Notes: generated from the letters alone by a model not told the origin. DNA of 64,000 nt from an uncultured Aggregatibacter sp. (GCA_963515835.1 CAUPZK010000003.1:21253-85252); one strand, 5' to 3'; positions 22,061-32,391 are shown, numbered from the stretch's first letter. Made by a program: numbers and translations.

Positions 22061-24424
22061 ATGGTTATGTCACAGAAATTTCGTCAATGCTTGTATCTTG
22101 TTTTATGCGGTTTATTCGTTACGGCCGTAGTGGTTCATTTTTTACCTCGTGAGCCTTTGAAGCAACGTTTTCCCTATTCCGTTGCAGTGTATGACGAACA
22201 GCAGAATTTATTACGCCTAACAACAGCAAAAGATCAGAAATATCGCCTGTGGACGCCATTAGAAGAACTCTCGCCACAATTAGTGGATGCCGTGCTTTTT
22301 CAGGAAGATGAATGGTTTTATTATCATTTTGGGGTAAACCCTTACGGTTTGTTGCGTGGCGCGGCACAAACCTATCTGTTAGGTGGCTCACCGCAGGGTG
22401 GCTCTACCATCACCATGCAATTGGCGCGGATTCTATGGAATATTGACAGCCGCACTATCCACGGGAAAATTGAGCAAATTTTCCGTGCCGTTCAATTAGA
22501 ATTGCAATATTCCAAACAGGATATTTTAGAAGCCTATTTCAACTTTGCGCCTTATGGTCGGAACATTGAAGGTGCCGGGACGGCAAGCCTGATTTATTTT
22601 AATCGTGCCAACAAAAACTTGAATTTAGCGGAAGCCATGACATTGGCGATTTTGCCGAAAAACCCAAATGGCTACATTCAGCAGAATAATCAACAGCTGA
22701 ATCCGCAACTGTTCAATGCCCGTAATAAACTGTATGCCCGTTGGATAGAAAGTCATCCACAAGATCGCCAGTGGCAATCCCATTTTAAATTAAATTATCC
22801 TTTACGTCCCATTGAGAAACTTCCATTTTTGGCACCGCACTTTACCGACCAAGTATTGCAACAATATGCGGAAAAAGAGGAAATGCAAAATGGACGCATT
22901 GTGACCAGCCTAAACAGTGGATTACAGCGTTTGGTTGAGCGAATTAGCCAGCGTTATTTGCAACAACAAAAAAACTATGGCGTGAATAATCTGGCGGTAT
23001 TGTTGGTGGATAATCGCACTATGCAAATTAAAGCCTTGGTAGGTTCCGGTGATTATTTTAATCCGCAAATCAGTGGGCAAATTAATGGCACGCTGGCAAA
23101 ACGTTCTTATGGTTCGACCTTGAAGCCGTTTATTTATGGCTTGGCCTTTGATCAAGGGCTAGCCCACCCGAAAACGATTTTAAAAGATTTACCGACACAC
23201 TTTGCCGATTATCAGCCGGAAAATTACGAAGGCAATTTTCTCGGACCGGTCAGTGTGACGCAGGCGTTATTACAAAGCCGCAATATTCCTGCAGTCGAGA
23301 TGGCGCAACGTCTGAAATATCCTGATCTTTACGATTTGCTGAAACAAGCGGAGATCGTTTTGCCGAAGGAAAAAGCCCATTATGGGTTGTCTTTGGTATT
23401 GGGGGGAGCAGAGCTTTCCTTGCAACAACTGGCAAGTTTATATGCCGCGCTTGCCAATGGAGGAAAATGGCAACCGTTGCAAACCTTGAAAGATGGCTCC
23501 TCTGAACAATCTGTTCCGTTATTAAGTCCGGAAAGCAGTTATATGTTAGGCGACATCTTAGCGCAGAATATTCGCACCGATATTTATAACAAAGCCATCA
23601 AAACTAAGTTACCGACTTATTGGAAAACCGGCACGTCTAACGGATTGCGCGATGCTTGGACAGCAGGCTACTTCGGCAATTACACGTTGGTAGTGTGGTT
23701 TGGCAATTTTAACAATAAAAGCAACCCGCACTTTATCGGGCGTCGCCTTGCCGCACCGTTATTTTTACAGCTGGCAGACGCTATTATTGCGCAATCTCCG
23801 GCTATGCAAGATCCGCTTAGCCGTGAAAAGTTAACTTTAAAAGATGTACCGGTATGTGCCGCTGACGGCAACTTACCGAATAGACATTGCCAACAACTCA
23901 CCAATACTCTGTTTATTCCCGGTAAATCGCCCATTCAGGTAAGCAATATCTATCAGCAGTTACGCGTACGTAAAGGCACGGATGTTTTAGCTTGTGCAAC
24001 AGATCCGAGTGAGGAAACAGAACAAAAAATTTATGAGATCTGGAGCAGTGACTATCAAAAATTGTTTGCTCAAGCTGGAATTATGAAACGTAGCCCGATG
24101 GTCAATGCGGAATGCCCTTATGAACAGCAAAATCAATCTTTACAACAGATTACGCATAATCCGTTGAAAATTACCTCACCACTGGAAAATCGGATTTATT
24201 TTATTAATGCGAACAGCGTAGAAGACCATATCCCGTTAATTGCCACGACATCAGGCGAAGTTCAGCATCTTTATTGGTTTGTGAATAACGCGTATTTAGG
24301 CGAGAGCAGAGCAGATGAAACATTTTTATGGAAACCAACAAATATCGGTACATATCAAATTACCGTTGTTGATGAGGCAGGCTATCGGACGACAATCAAT
24401 GTGACGGTGAAAATAACTCGCTAG
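22061..24424 (+). CDS. pbpC: Penicillin-binding protein 1C
   Basis: Transglycosylase EDEWFY, GGSTITMQLAR; transpeptidase STLK, SRN, KTGTS; C-terminal LYWFVN domain; start uncertain (22061 or 22067). Confidence 0.94.
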   Translation: MVMSQKFRQCLYLVLCGLFVTAVVVHFLPREPLKQRFPYSVAVYDEQQNLLRLTTAKDQKYRLWTPLEELSPQLVDAVLFQEDEWFYYHFGVNPYGLLRGAAQTYLLGGSPQGGSTITMQLARILWNIDSRTIHGKIEQIFRAVQLELQYSKQDILEAYFNFAPYGRNIEGAGTASLIYFNRANKNLNLAEAMTLAILPKNPNGYIQQNNQQLNPQLFNARNKLYARWIESHPQDRQWQSHFKLNYPLRPIEKLPFLAPHFTDQVLQQYAEKEEMQNGRIVTSLNSGLQRLVERISQRYLQQQKNYGVNNLAVLLVDNRTMQIKALVGSGDYFNPQISGQINGTLAKRSYGSTLKPFIYGLAFDQGLAHPKTILKDLPTHFADYQPENYEGNFLGPVSVTQALLQSRNIPAVEMAQRLKYPDLYDLLKQAEIVLPKEKAHYGLSLVLGGAELSLQQLASLYAALANGGKWQPLQTLKDGSSEQSVPLLSPESSYMLGDILAQNIRTDIYNKAIKTKLPTYWKTGTSNGLRDAWTAGYFGNYTLVVWFGNFNNKSNPHFIGRRLAAPLFLQLADAIIAQSPAMQDPLSREKLTLKDVPVCAADGNLPNRHCQQLTNTLFIPGKSPIQVSNIYQQLRVRKGTDVLACATDPSEETEQKIYEIWSSDYQKLFAQAGIMKRSPMVNAECPYEQQNQSLQQITHNPLKITSPLENRIYFINANSVEDHIPLIATTSGEVQHLYWFVNNAYLGESRADETFLWKPTNIGTYQITVVDEAGYRTTINVTVKITR

Positions 24425-24432
24425 GAAAAAGA

Positions 24433-24492
24433 AAGTGCGGTCGAATTTCAGGTTGTTTTTAATAAAAAACGCATTGAAATTGAACCGCACTT
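24433..24492. repeat. Inverted USS pair between convergent pbpC and autotransporter genes
   Basis: AAGTGCGGT at 24433, ACCGCACTT at 24484. Confidence 0.85.
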
Positions 24493-24498
24493 TTTTAA

Positions 24499-27258
24499 TT
24501 AGAATTGATAAGTAAATTCTAGTTTACCATTGGTTTCTTCTCGTTTACCGGTCATGTGCCCAAAGCTGAGGCTGGCTTTTGCAGCCGGTGTGAAGTGATA
24601 TTTGAAACCGATTTCACCACCTACGCTTCCCCCTTTAAATGCTTGTTGGAAACCTTCCTCATCTGGCTGAGCTGTAATTTTTGATACACCATTAAGCTTA
24701 TAATCAAATTTCAACTTAACAAAAGGTTGAAAGTTACCGGTAAGATAACTTAACTTGGTTTGTGCTTTTAATCGATTTGCATTGATATGAGCAAATTGTA
24801 CTGTTGTACCTTTGATCTCTGCGCTATCACTGCCCATGCGGGAATAAACATAAGCTAAAGAATTATCTAAGCTGATATGATCGAATGAAAGTTGATGTCC
24901 GATAGCAATGCCGGCGCTGTAATATGGCATATCTAAACGGTAGTTGAATCCATTAGTGCCGTTGTTTAGGGTTTTGTTTCTGCCTGCTCTTACAACGCCA
25001 TCAAAATAGACGTTCTGTGAAACATTAAATCGGGCAAATGCGCCTACGCCATAGGTTCTAATTTTGCCATCAAAGGTAATATTTGTTTGATAACTGTGAT
25101 AATGACCATGGCCATTTTCAATGAAACCACCATAAACATGGTTTCCAACTTTCATCGCGAGGCCGGCAGAAAGGATTGCTCCTTTCATATCGGTGTCACT
25201 ATTATCATTGTTAGATTTGAAGCCATTAGCAGAGGCAAAAGTCGTCATTGATTTTTGCTCATTCATGTTTGTGTTGTCGATACCATCTCGAGTGACATCC
25301 CATAATTGACCCACTAATTCAGTGGATAAATGTGCTGCATTGAGTGCTGTTTTAGCATTCGCATTGGCTGTTTTAGATATTAATGTTGCTTTTAAAGCCG
25401 TGTTATCGCTATTAATATTAAATCCGTAGTTGCCAATCAGCCCTGATTCCATGACATGTTTTGGGATGGAACTCTCTGTTAGTACTTTCGCATTGTTACT
25501 TTTAATGAGATTAATGCTTTCACCCACTTTTAAGTTTAAGGCCCCGGCATTTATCTGCATGCTGATTTGGCTGTTTCGTAAATCAATGTCTTCGTTTCCG
25601 GTGGTTGTGAGAATGCTACCATTTGCCTGAGCATGACTTGGCAGGTAGAAATTGTAGGCCGAAAAGTTTTTTACGTTTTTCGCCGTGACATTATTGGAAT
25701 ATACATTCAAGGTGTTTCCGGTGGAGACATCAGAATTAATGCTGTTGTTTGTCGTGGTGCCTCCGTTGCCAAACCCACTAACGGAAAGTCCGCCGAATCC
25801 GCTATTGAAGCCACCTCCAAATCCCCCACCGAAATCGCCACCGCCATAAGCATCACTTTCAGCCATACCGCCGGCTAATTCGCCGTCAATTTTGACTTGG
25901 TTTTTTAATGTAATGACGTTGTTGGTGGTATGGCTTTCTGTGCCTTTATTATACCCACCATAAACATTACCACCGACATTGGTGTTATCTAACGTAATTG
26001 TATTCTGTGCGGCTTGTTTGTTGTACCCATCGTTAATATAACCTCCATAAACATCGCCCTTGACATCCGTATTAGCGATATTAAGGTTATTGTGTGACGC
26101 TTCTCCGGAGAGAGTGTAGCCACCATAAACACTCTCAACTTGGGCGCGATAGTGTTTATCTCCATTGATGACAAGTTTACCGTAGCTGGTATTGCTTCCT
26201 GCTGATTTTGCAATATAAATATCGCCTTTCATGATGGCGCCTGTAATATTGACTTCATTACCATTGGCGGTAGAAATCGGTCCGCCAAATGTATTTTGAC
26301 CTTCATTGGTTGCGCCAAACACATTGGCGTTAATGATGGCTTGTTTGTTGCTTTCAGATTTGATGGTTACTTTATTGTTATTCGCATTGCCGTATGCGGC
26401 AAATCCGCCATATACACCGCTATCGCTTTCATTGCTGCTTTCAACATCAGACCCAATCAGTGTGACTTCATTGTTATTGACGTTTGCCTTGGTGCTTGAG
26501 GCGCTTTTCCCCCCCATAACGCCACGTGACAGTGATTTTTTATCGCCATTAGATTTGATAGTAACTTTATTACCACTTACTTCTCCTCCTTGGGATTCTC
26601 CACCATAAACCCATGAGGCAACAGCGCCTGAAATTTCAACATTGTTATTTTTAGCCCCTTGTTTACTGAACCAAGTGCGGCCACCGTGAATGACACGGAC
26701 ATCTGAATTGACGATATTTACACTGTTTCCATCGGCAACACCATTGCGTGAACTTCCCCCTAAGGCTGTGTCAAGGGTTGAATCGGTAATATTAAGGCGA
26801 TTTCCTTTTGCGCTGCCTTTATAAGAATGCCCACCGCGGACATCCAGATCGTGGCCTTGGGTAACATTATTTAGTATTAGCGTATTTTGTGTCACGCTAC
26901 CGCTATGAGAACCTGCGGCAAAAATGGTTCTCTTTTTAGTGAGTGGGGTATCTTTGAGCGTTAAGGTGAAACCATTAATATCAGCGTTCTTATTGAGGTT
27001 ATTATCGCTGATTGCACCAATAATATTTCCAGTTAAGGCATGTTGCTGAATATTTGCTTGATACAGTTCAGCCTGCTTTCCTTCTCCTGTGTAATAATGA
27101 AATTTTTGAGTAAGAGAGCCATTTTCAATATTAGTACTTAGTTCAGTCCAATCTGCACTCAGTACTTGAACGGAGCAAAGTGCGGCAAGGGCCGTTACGC
27201 TAAATTTCATGGTTTTTATATCATGAGATTTGTGAAAGTTATGTGTAATCTTCTTCAT
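24499..27258 (-). CDS. Type Va autotransporter with repetitive beta-helical passenger (probable adhesin)
   Basis: Signal peptide ending VLSA; about 13 degenerate VxGG...AxxNxVxI repeats; about 270-aa C-terminal barrel ending LEFTYQF. Confidence 0.9.
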   Translation of the reverse strand: MKKITHNFHKSHDIKTMKFSVTALAALCSVQVLSADWTELSTNIENGSLTQKFHYYTGEGKQAELYQANIQQHALTGNIIGAISDNNLNKNADINGFTLTLKDTPLTKKRTIFAAGSHSGSVTQNTLILNNVTQGHDLDVRGGHSYKGSAKGNRLNITDSTLDTALGGSSRNGVADGNSVNIVNSDVRVIHGGRTWFSKQGAKNNNVEISGAVASWVYGGESQGGEVSGNKVTIKSNGDKKSLSRGVMGGKSASSTKANVNNNEVTLIGSDVESSNESDSGVYGGFAAYGNANNNKVTIKSESNKQAIINANVFGATNEGQNTFGGPISTANGNEVNITGAIMKGDIYIAKSAGSNTSYGKLVINGDKHYRAQVESVYGGYTLSGEASHNNLNIANTDVKGDVYGGYINDGYNKQAAQNTITLDNTNVGGNVYGGYNKGTESHTTNNVITLKNQVKIDGELAGGMAESDAYGGGDFGGGFGGGFNSGFGGLSVSGFGNGGTTTNNSINSDVSTGNTLNVYSNNVTAKNVKNFSAYNFYLPSHAQANGSILTTTGNEDIDLRNSQISMQINAGALNLKVGESINLIKSNNAKVLTESSIPKHVMESGLIGNYGFNINSDNTALKATLISKTANANAKTALNAAHLSTELVGQLWDVTRDGIDNTNMNEQKSMTTFASANGFKSNNDNSDTDMKGAILSAGLAMKVGNHVYGGFIENGHGHYHSYQTNITFDGKIRTYGVGAFARFNVSQNVYFDGVVRAGRNKTLNNGTNGFNYRLDMPYYSAGIAIGHQLSFDHISLDNSLAYVYSRMGSDSAEIKGTTVQFAHINANRLKAQTKLSYLTGNFQPFVKLKFDYKLNGVSKITAQPDEEGFQQAFKGGSVGGEIGFKYHFTPAAKASLSFGHMTGKREETNGKLEFTYQF

Positions 27259-27308
27259 GATTCATCCTTGTTTTAAATGAGATACGATATTGAGTTATTA
27301 AATGATTT

Positions 27309-27336
27309 AACGTTATATATTATAAAATATAGCGTT
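27309..27336. promoter_or_regulatory. ModE-like operator upstream of the autotransporter
   Basis: aaCGTTATATA-ttataa-AATATAGCGtt, 1 mismatch to CGnTATATA-N6-TATATAnCG; inside a 16-bp-arm inverted repeat at 27303-27342. Confidence 0.6.
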
Positions 27337-27352
27337 AAATCAAAAAATATGC

Positions 27353-27368
27353 TGTGATCAAGATCACA
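27353..27368. promoter_or_regulatory. CRP binding site
   Basis: TGTGA-tcaaga-TCACA, perfect core consensus, about 100 bp upstream of the autotransporter ATG. Confidence 0.8.
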
Positions 27369-27436
27369 AGCTAATGTATTTCCTTTGGAAGGCGAGAAAC
27401 CGGCATTAAGCCTAATTAGAAAAAGGGAGAAATTAA

Positions 27437-27476
27437 AAGTGCGGTTGAGAAAATAGGTCATTTTTCTACCGCACTT
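27437..27476. repeat. Inverted USS pair downstream of the small lipoprotein gene
   Basis: AAGTGCGGT at 27437, ACCGCACTT at 27468. Confidence 0.85.
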
Positions 27477-27493
27477 TGAGATGGGATTTGGCG

Positions 27494-27640
27494 TTAATTG
27501 TTGATACCCAGTGTTTTGGTGTTTTTATCGAATTTTAAACCGGAGTGAGAACCTTCGGAGCCATTAAAATAAATATCTTTTGGCTGAGAACAGGCGGTGA
27601 TGGTTAAAATGGCCGTAAAGACCAAAATAAGTTTTTTCAT
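27494..27640 (-). CDS. Small (48 aa) predicted lipoprotein, absent from the ORF track
   Basis: MKKLILVFTAILTITA-CSQPKDIYFNGSEGSHSGLKFDKNTKTLGINN*; lipobox ITAC, SD AAGG, extended -10 TGTTATAAT at 27683-27675. Confidence 0.8.
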   Translation of the reverse strand: MKKLILVFTAILTITACSQPKDIYFNGSEGSHSGLKFDKNTKTLGINN

Positions 27641-27753
27641 GAGATACCTTCTATGCGTTAAAAATACTGATGTGATTATAACATAGGGGAGGGAGACTTA
27701 AGGTGGCGAAACAAGGAAATAAATAATTAAAAGTGGGAATATTGCTTTGATAT

Positions 27754-27785
27754 AAAAACAAAAGGCTTAGTTTTCTAAGCCTTTT
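27754..27785 (-). terminator. Terminator after prs
   Basis: AAAAGGCTTAG-tttt-CTAAGCCTTTT with an A-tract on the low-coordinate side. Confidence 0.8.
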
Positions 27786-27824
27786 GTCGTTTAAAGTAAG
27801 GTTGATTTTTAGCGTATTTCTCGC

Positions 27825-28775
27825 TTATTCATCAAACATTGCTGAAATGGATTCTTCGTTGCTGATCCGGCGAATCGCTTCTGCAAGCATTTTAGATAAT
27901 GTTAATGAGCGAACTTTACCTAATGCGATAATTTCGTCAGTCAACGGAATGGTGTCTGTTACGACAACTTCGTCTAACGCATCGCTGGCAAGGTTTTTCG
28001 CAGCAGAACCTGAGAATACCGCATGTGTAGCGTAAGCGAAGACGCGTTTAGCACCACGTTCTTTTAAGGCTTCAGCCGCTTTGCATAAGGTGCCGCCGGT
28101 GTCGATCATGTCATCGACTAAGATACAATCGCGATCTGCTACATCACCAATGATGTGCATTACTTGAGAAACGTTGGCACGCGGGCGGCGTTTGTCGATA
28201 ATCGCCATGTCGGTGTCGTTTAATAATTTTGCCACAGCGCGGGCACGCACCACACCACCGATGTCCGGAGACACAACGATTGGATTCACTAAGTCGGTTT
28301 TTTTCAAAATATCATCAATTAATACCGGAGAACCGAATACGTTATCTACCGGCACATCAAAGAAACCTTGGATTTGTTCTGCATGTAAATCGCAGGTTAA
28401 CACACGGTCAACGCCAACGCCGGATAAGAAGTCGGCAACCACTTTGGCTGTAATCGGCACACGCGCAGAACGAACGCGGCGGTCTTGGCGGGCGTAACCG
28501 AAATAAGGAATCACGGCAGTAATACGACCGGCAGAAGCGCGACGTAAGGCATCAACCATAACCAATAATTCCATTAAGTTGTCATTTGTTGGCGCACAGG
28601 TTGATTGAATAATGAATACATCGCTACCGCGAACATTTTCATTAATTTGCACTTGTACTTCACCATCGCTGAAACGACCAACGGTAGCATCGCTTAATTT
28701 CGTTTTTAAGCATATTGAAATGCGTTTGGCGAGTTCCGGTGTTGCGTTACCGGCGAAGAGTTTAATATCAGGCAT
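27825..28775 (-). CDS. prs: Ribose-phosphate pyrophosphokinase
   Basis: [32 protein letters not shown]. Confidence 0.99.
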   Translation of the reverse strand: MPDIKLFAGNATPELAKRISICLKTKLSDATVGRFSDGEVQVQINENVRGSDVFIIQSTCAPTNDNLMELLVMVDALRRASAGRITAVIPYFGYARQDRRVRSARVPITAKVVADFLSGVGVDRVLTCDLHAEQIQGFFDVPVDNVFGSPVLIDDILKKTDLVNPIVVSPDIGGVVRARAVAKLLNDTDMAIIDKRRPRANVSQVMHIIGDVADRDCILVDDMIDTGGTLCKAAEALKERGAKRVFAYATHAVFSGSAAKNLASDALDEVVVTDTIPLTDEIIALGKVRSLTLSKMLAEAIRRISNEESISAMFDE

Positions 28776-28816
28776 TGTAAGTTTGACCTCAGGTGTTAGA
28801 TGATAAAATTAGGGGG

Positions 28817-29737
28817 TTAACGGAGAAACGGATTACCACTTTTTAGCTGTTCCAACATTGTGTGTAACGGTGAAATGTTTAATCCTCTGGCAACAAATCC
28901 AAAATACGTTCTTGACATGTCATTGAGCACGGATCGCGCGGATCTTTCATCGTCAAATTCTGCAAAAACACAAGCGCCGGTTCCTGTTAATCTTGCCGGA
29001 GCATATTCTACCAACCAGTTCAGTATTTCTTCAACCTCTGAATAGTGATCTCGTACAACTTTTTCGCAATCGTTTACGTATTCCTCGGACAATAATTGTT
29101 GCAGTGATTTTTTCGGGGTATTTCGCGATAAATCAGGGGAGGAAAAAACCACGGCGGTAGAAATAGACACATTCGGCTTGATCACGAGATACCACTTCTC
29201 CGGTGGATCACAATAAGTGATTTTTTCGCCCACGCCTTCAGCAAAAGCGGCTTTGCCATGCACGAAAATGGGAACATCTGCGCCCAAGGTTAAACCTAGG
29301 GTGGCAAGTTGTTCAGTGTTTAAATGGGTTTTCCATAAATAATTTAAGGCGACAAGGGCTGTTGCTGCATTGGAAGAGCCTCCACCCACGCCGCCACCGA
29401 TGGGCAGAATTTTATCTAATTGCAAATCCGCGCCGAGTGAGCAACCGGTTTTTTGTTGTAATAAATGTGCCGCACGATAAATCAAATTATCTTCAGGTGC
29501 TAAATCAGCGATTGGCGAAATTAAATTGATTTTGCCGTCATTTCTTACCTTAATCGATAGCCAATCGCCAAAATCCAGAAATTGAAACAGCGTTTGTAAT
29601 TCGTGATAACCATCCGGGCGTTTTCCGTTGATATACAAGAACAGATTTAATTTCGCCGGGCAAGGGAAACGCAGGCCGGCTTCATTATTTAAGCTTTCCG
29701 GCACTAAAAGTGCGGTGGAAAATTGGTATGTTTTCAT
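28817..29737 (-). CDS. ispE: 4-diphosphocytidyl-2-C-methyl-D-erythritol kinase
   Basis: [42 protein letters not shown] overlap with lolB. Confidence 0.97.
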   Translation of the reverse strand: MKTYQFSTALLVPESLNNEAGLRFPCPAKLNLFLYINGKRPDGYHELQTLFQFLDFGDWLSIKVRNDGKINLISPIADLAPEDNLIYRAAHLLQQKTGCSLGADLQLDKILPIGGGVGGGSSNAATALVALNYLWKTHLNTEQLATLGLTLGADVPIFVHGKAAFAEGVGEKITYCDPPEKWYLVIKPNVSISTAVVFSSPDLSRNTPKKSLQQLLSEEYVNDCEKVVRDHYSEVEEILNWLVEYAPARLTGTGACVFAEFDDERSARSVLNDMSRTYFGFVARGLNISPLHTMLEQLKSGNPFLR

Positions 29738-30360
29738 TTTAAGTTCCATTCATCCACACGAATCTTCAGAGTTTGTCCTTCGGTCTTCAGCAAGATATTT
29801 TCCGGCATCGGTGGCTGTTGATTGAGGTGATAGGACAGATAGTCGGCCGTCCATGTTTTACCATCAACGCGATGAGTAAAAGAGCCGAGGAAATGATTGT
29901 CTGCCACTAAATAGTCGCTGTTATCTTTCGGTTGGCCTTTTAGCCAAAAGACAAATTGATCGAGTGGAAAATCCATGCCGATAATTTCTCTGAGTAACAT
30001 TTTGGCATCGGTAGCGGAACGTTGACGGCCTTTATTGTCAGAAATTGTCATGCCTTGTGGGTGCATTTGAATTTGTAGCGTTTCACTGCTGAGTGTGGAA
30101 TAAAGTTTTAACGTGTAATTTTGTGGATCCAGGTATTGCCAGTCAAAACGGGTAGAAAAACGTTCTTTCGTGCTGATATAACCCAGTTGGCCTAAAGCTT
30201 GGTAACTTTTGATTTGTTGTAACTGTTTTAAATGCTGTTGCCATGTGGGATCTGTTTTTTCGATGTATTTTACATCGGTAGGGCGTTGCTGATCGACGGT
30301 ACAGCCGCCCAATAACAGTCCGGCGAAGAGAATACAAAGAGAAAATTTAATGGTTTTCAT
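29734..30360 (-). CDS. lolB: Outer membrane lipoprotein LolB
   Basis: Lipobox LGGC, WQQH, conserved lolB-ispE-prs order. Confidence 0.93.
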   Translation of the reverse strand: MKTIKFSLCILFAGLLLGGCTVDQQRPTDVKYIEKTDPTWQQHLKQLQQIKSYQALGQLGYISTKERFSTRFDWQYLDPQNYTLKLYSTLSSETLQIQMHPQGMTISDNKGRQRSATDAKMLLREIIGMDFPLDQFVFWLKGQPKDNSDYLVADNHFLGSFTHRVDGKTWTADYLSYHLNQQPPMPENILLKTEGQTLKIRVDEWNLK

Positions 30361-30434
30361 ACAAGACCTGTTTGATAAAAAATAACGCTGATTTTACGGT
30401 TCGATTTTTATGGCGTAAAGCATTCAACGCCGGT

Positions 30435-31703
30435 TTAGGGTTTAAAGTGCGGTAGGATTTCTTGGCGTTTTTGTTTGACGGCAAAAATACGTCCGCGATT
30501 AAGCTGATCACGAATGGCTTTGTTTTCAAAACCGGCAGCAATAATAGATTGAATATCTACTTTTAATGCGGCTTGATACAAGGCGATGGCAAATTCTTGT
30601 TGAGGGTATTGAATGTGTTCAAATCCTTTGCGGCCTCGTGTATCGGCAAAACAAACAAGAAGAAACTCCATAAAACGCAATGGCTTACGCCACACATCAA
30701 AGGTATTAAAAAGTTTCACGATCGTTTCCGGGCGTAGCTCAAACACTTTGTGTACATGTGAATGATATTCGCAGGTGAGTTCTGCCAGTTGTTGATAATA
30801 TGTCGGCACTTTTAAACGTTTACATAGAGCCCTTGTCGGTGCAATACCTAATTTTTCGTGTCCGTGGTGATGAGGCCAGTTTAGTTTTGGGGTACAGGCT
30901 TTGCCTAAATCATGACAAATGGCGGCAAAACGAACCGCACTTTTATGGCAATCGACCTGTTCGGAAAGCAGTGTTGCTTGTTGTAATACCATCATCGTAT
31001 GCACGAAGCTGTCGATTTCCGGATGATATTTTGCCGGATTTGGCACGCCATAAAGGGCATCTAATTCGGGAAAGAGTACTTTGAGTGCTCCAACTTGACG
31101 CAAGGTTTCAAAGTAAATTTCAGGATTTTTTTCATTTAAGGCTTTTTCAGTTTCTGCCCAAACGCGCTCGGCCGTCAGATGCTGTAGCTCGCCTTGCGCA
31201 CTAAGTGCGGCCATTAGTTGTAGGGTTTCATCAGCGATGTTGAAGCCTAAGTAATGATAGCGAGCAGCAAAACGGGCAACGCGCAAAACGCGTAAAGGAT
31301 CTTCCGAAAATGCGGGGGAAACATGGCGCAAAACACGTTTTTCTAGATCTCCCACGCCATGATATGGGTCGTATAAATTGCCGGCTAAATCTTGCGCAAT
31401 GGCGTTAATGGTGAGATCGCGACGAACTAAATCTTGTTCTAACGTGATGTCAGCAGAAAAATCGCAAATAAAGCCGGTATAACCGTTGCCCGCTTTGCGT
31501 TCAGTACGCGCCAAAGCATACTCTTCTTTGTTTTGTGGATGGAGAAAAACCGGGAAATCTTTACCGACTTGTTGATAGCCTTGATTCAACAAATCTTGTG
31601 GCGTGGCGCCCACAATCACCCAATCCCGATCTTTGACGGGAAGGTTGAGGAGCTGATCGCGAACTGCGCCTCCGACTAAATAGACGTGAAATTTTTCCGC
31701 CAT
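30435..31703 (-). CDS. cca: Multifunctional CCA-adding enzyme
   Basis: [28 protein letters not shown]-domain motif HDLGK. Confidence 0.97.
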   Translation of the reverse strand: MAEKFHVYLVGGAVRDQLLNLPVKDRDWVIVGATPQDLLNQGYQQVGKDFPVFLHPQNKEEYALARTERKAGNGYTGFICDFSADITLEQDLVRRDLTINAIAQDLAGNLYDPYHGVGDLEKRVLRHVSPAFSEDPLRVLRVARFAARYHYLGFNIADETLQLMAALSAQGELQHLTAERVWAETEKALNEKNPEIYFETLRQVGALKVLFPELDALYGVPNPAKYHPEIDSFVHTMMVLQQATLLSEQVDCHKSAVRFAAICHDLGKACTPKLNWPHHHGHEKLGIAPTRALCKRLKVPTYYQQLAELTCEYHSHVHKVFELRPETIVKLFNTFDVWRKPLRFMEFLLVCFADTRGRKGFEHIQYPQQEFAIALYQAALKVDIQSIIAAGFENKAIRDQLNRGRIFAVKQKRQEILPHFKP

Positions 31704-32314
31704 TATGACCAACTATCGCGACGACGGCGTTTAGGCATAATGAACGGTAGTGCTAAGCCGAGAACCAATCCCACGCCAAGCACCGACCCGCCGTAGATAA
31801 ACCATTGAATGGCAATTTCGCGTTTGCCGGCATCTAACATGGCTTCTAAATCACGATTTTTATTTTTAGTCATTTCCAATTCCCGTTTTAGTTGGGAGTT
31901 TTGTTCCAATAATTCGCTGCTTTGTTGCTCCGCCTGTTTGGCTCGGCGTTGCATTTCTATCGTGCGTTTTTGCCAATCATTGTCTAAACGATTGAGTTTT
32001 AAACTCAACTCTTGAATTTGATTTTTTAATCTCGGATTTTCATCTTTGCTGCTGGCGTTAGTGCTGAGTTCACTGCTTAAAATCCAGGCTTCACGGTTTT
32101 TACTGTCGCGAACCAGCGTGTAGCGCTCTTTTTTATCTAATACGGTAACGGCTTCGCCTGCTTGAATGGTGCCGGCAATTTTAAATTGCTCGCCGGCACC
32201 TTTGCGTAGAAACGTGGAGAGGTTTTCTGTGACGTATTTTGTTTCTCCCTGTGCGGCAGACATGCCAACAGTGAAGCAAAATAGCGCAAGCAGTGTAGAT
32301 AAAGCTTTTTGCAT
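31703..32314 (-). CDS. ygiM: SH3-domain coiled-coil protein (YgiM/HtrG family)
   Basis: Signal peptide, SH3b-like LRKGAG motif, coiled coil, C-terminal TM plus KRRRR; upstream of cca. Confidence 0.88.
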   Translation of the reverse strand: MQKALSTLLALFCFTVGMSAAQGETKYVTENLSTFLRKGAGEQFKIAGTIQAGEAVTVLDKKERYTLVRDSKNREAWILSSELSTNASSKDENPRLKNQIQELSLKLNRLDNDWQKRTIEMQRRAKQAEQQSSELLEQNSQLKRELEMTKNKNRDLEAMLDAGKREIAIQWFIYGGSVLGVGLVLGLALPFIMPKRRRRDSWS

Positions 32315-32341
32315 AGGGGAAATCCTTTATAAAAAAACGAA

Positions 32342-32380
32342 AAGTGCGGTGAATTTTTAACGTAAATATTAACCGCACTT
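32342..32380. repeat. Inverted USS pair after pit
   Basis: AAGTGCGGT...ACCGCACTT. Confidence 0.85.
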
Positions 32381-32391
32381 TTCAGACAGGA

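Noticed and set aside
26306..26608. Leu-rich plus-strand ORF inside the autotransporter
   Set aside because: Leucine richness is the reverse complement of Asn/Lys-rich codons on the coding strand
24499..27370. Phase-variable simple sequence repeat in the autotransporter or its promoter
   Set aside because: No tetranucleotide or heptamer tract and no long homopolymer seen; the Gly-rich loop uses mixed codons
27273..27461. 62-aa minus-strand ORF upstream of the autotransporter
   Set aside because: Starts inside a USS hairpin and spans the promoter motifs; no coding signature
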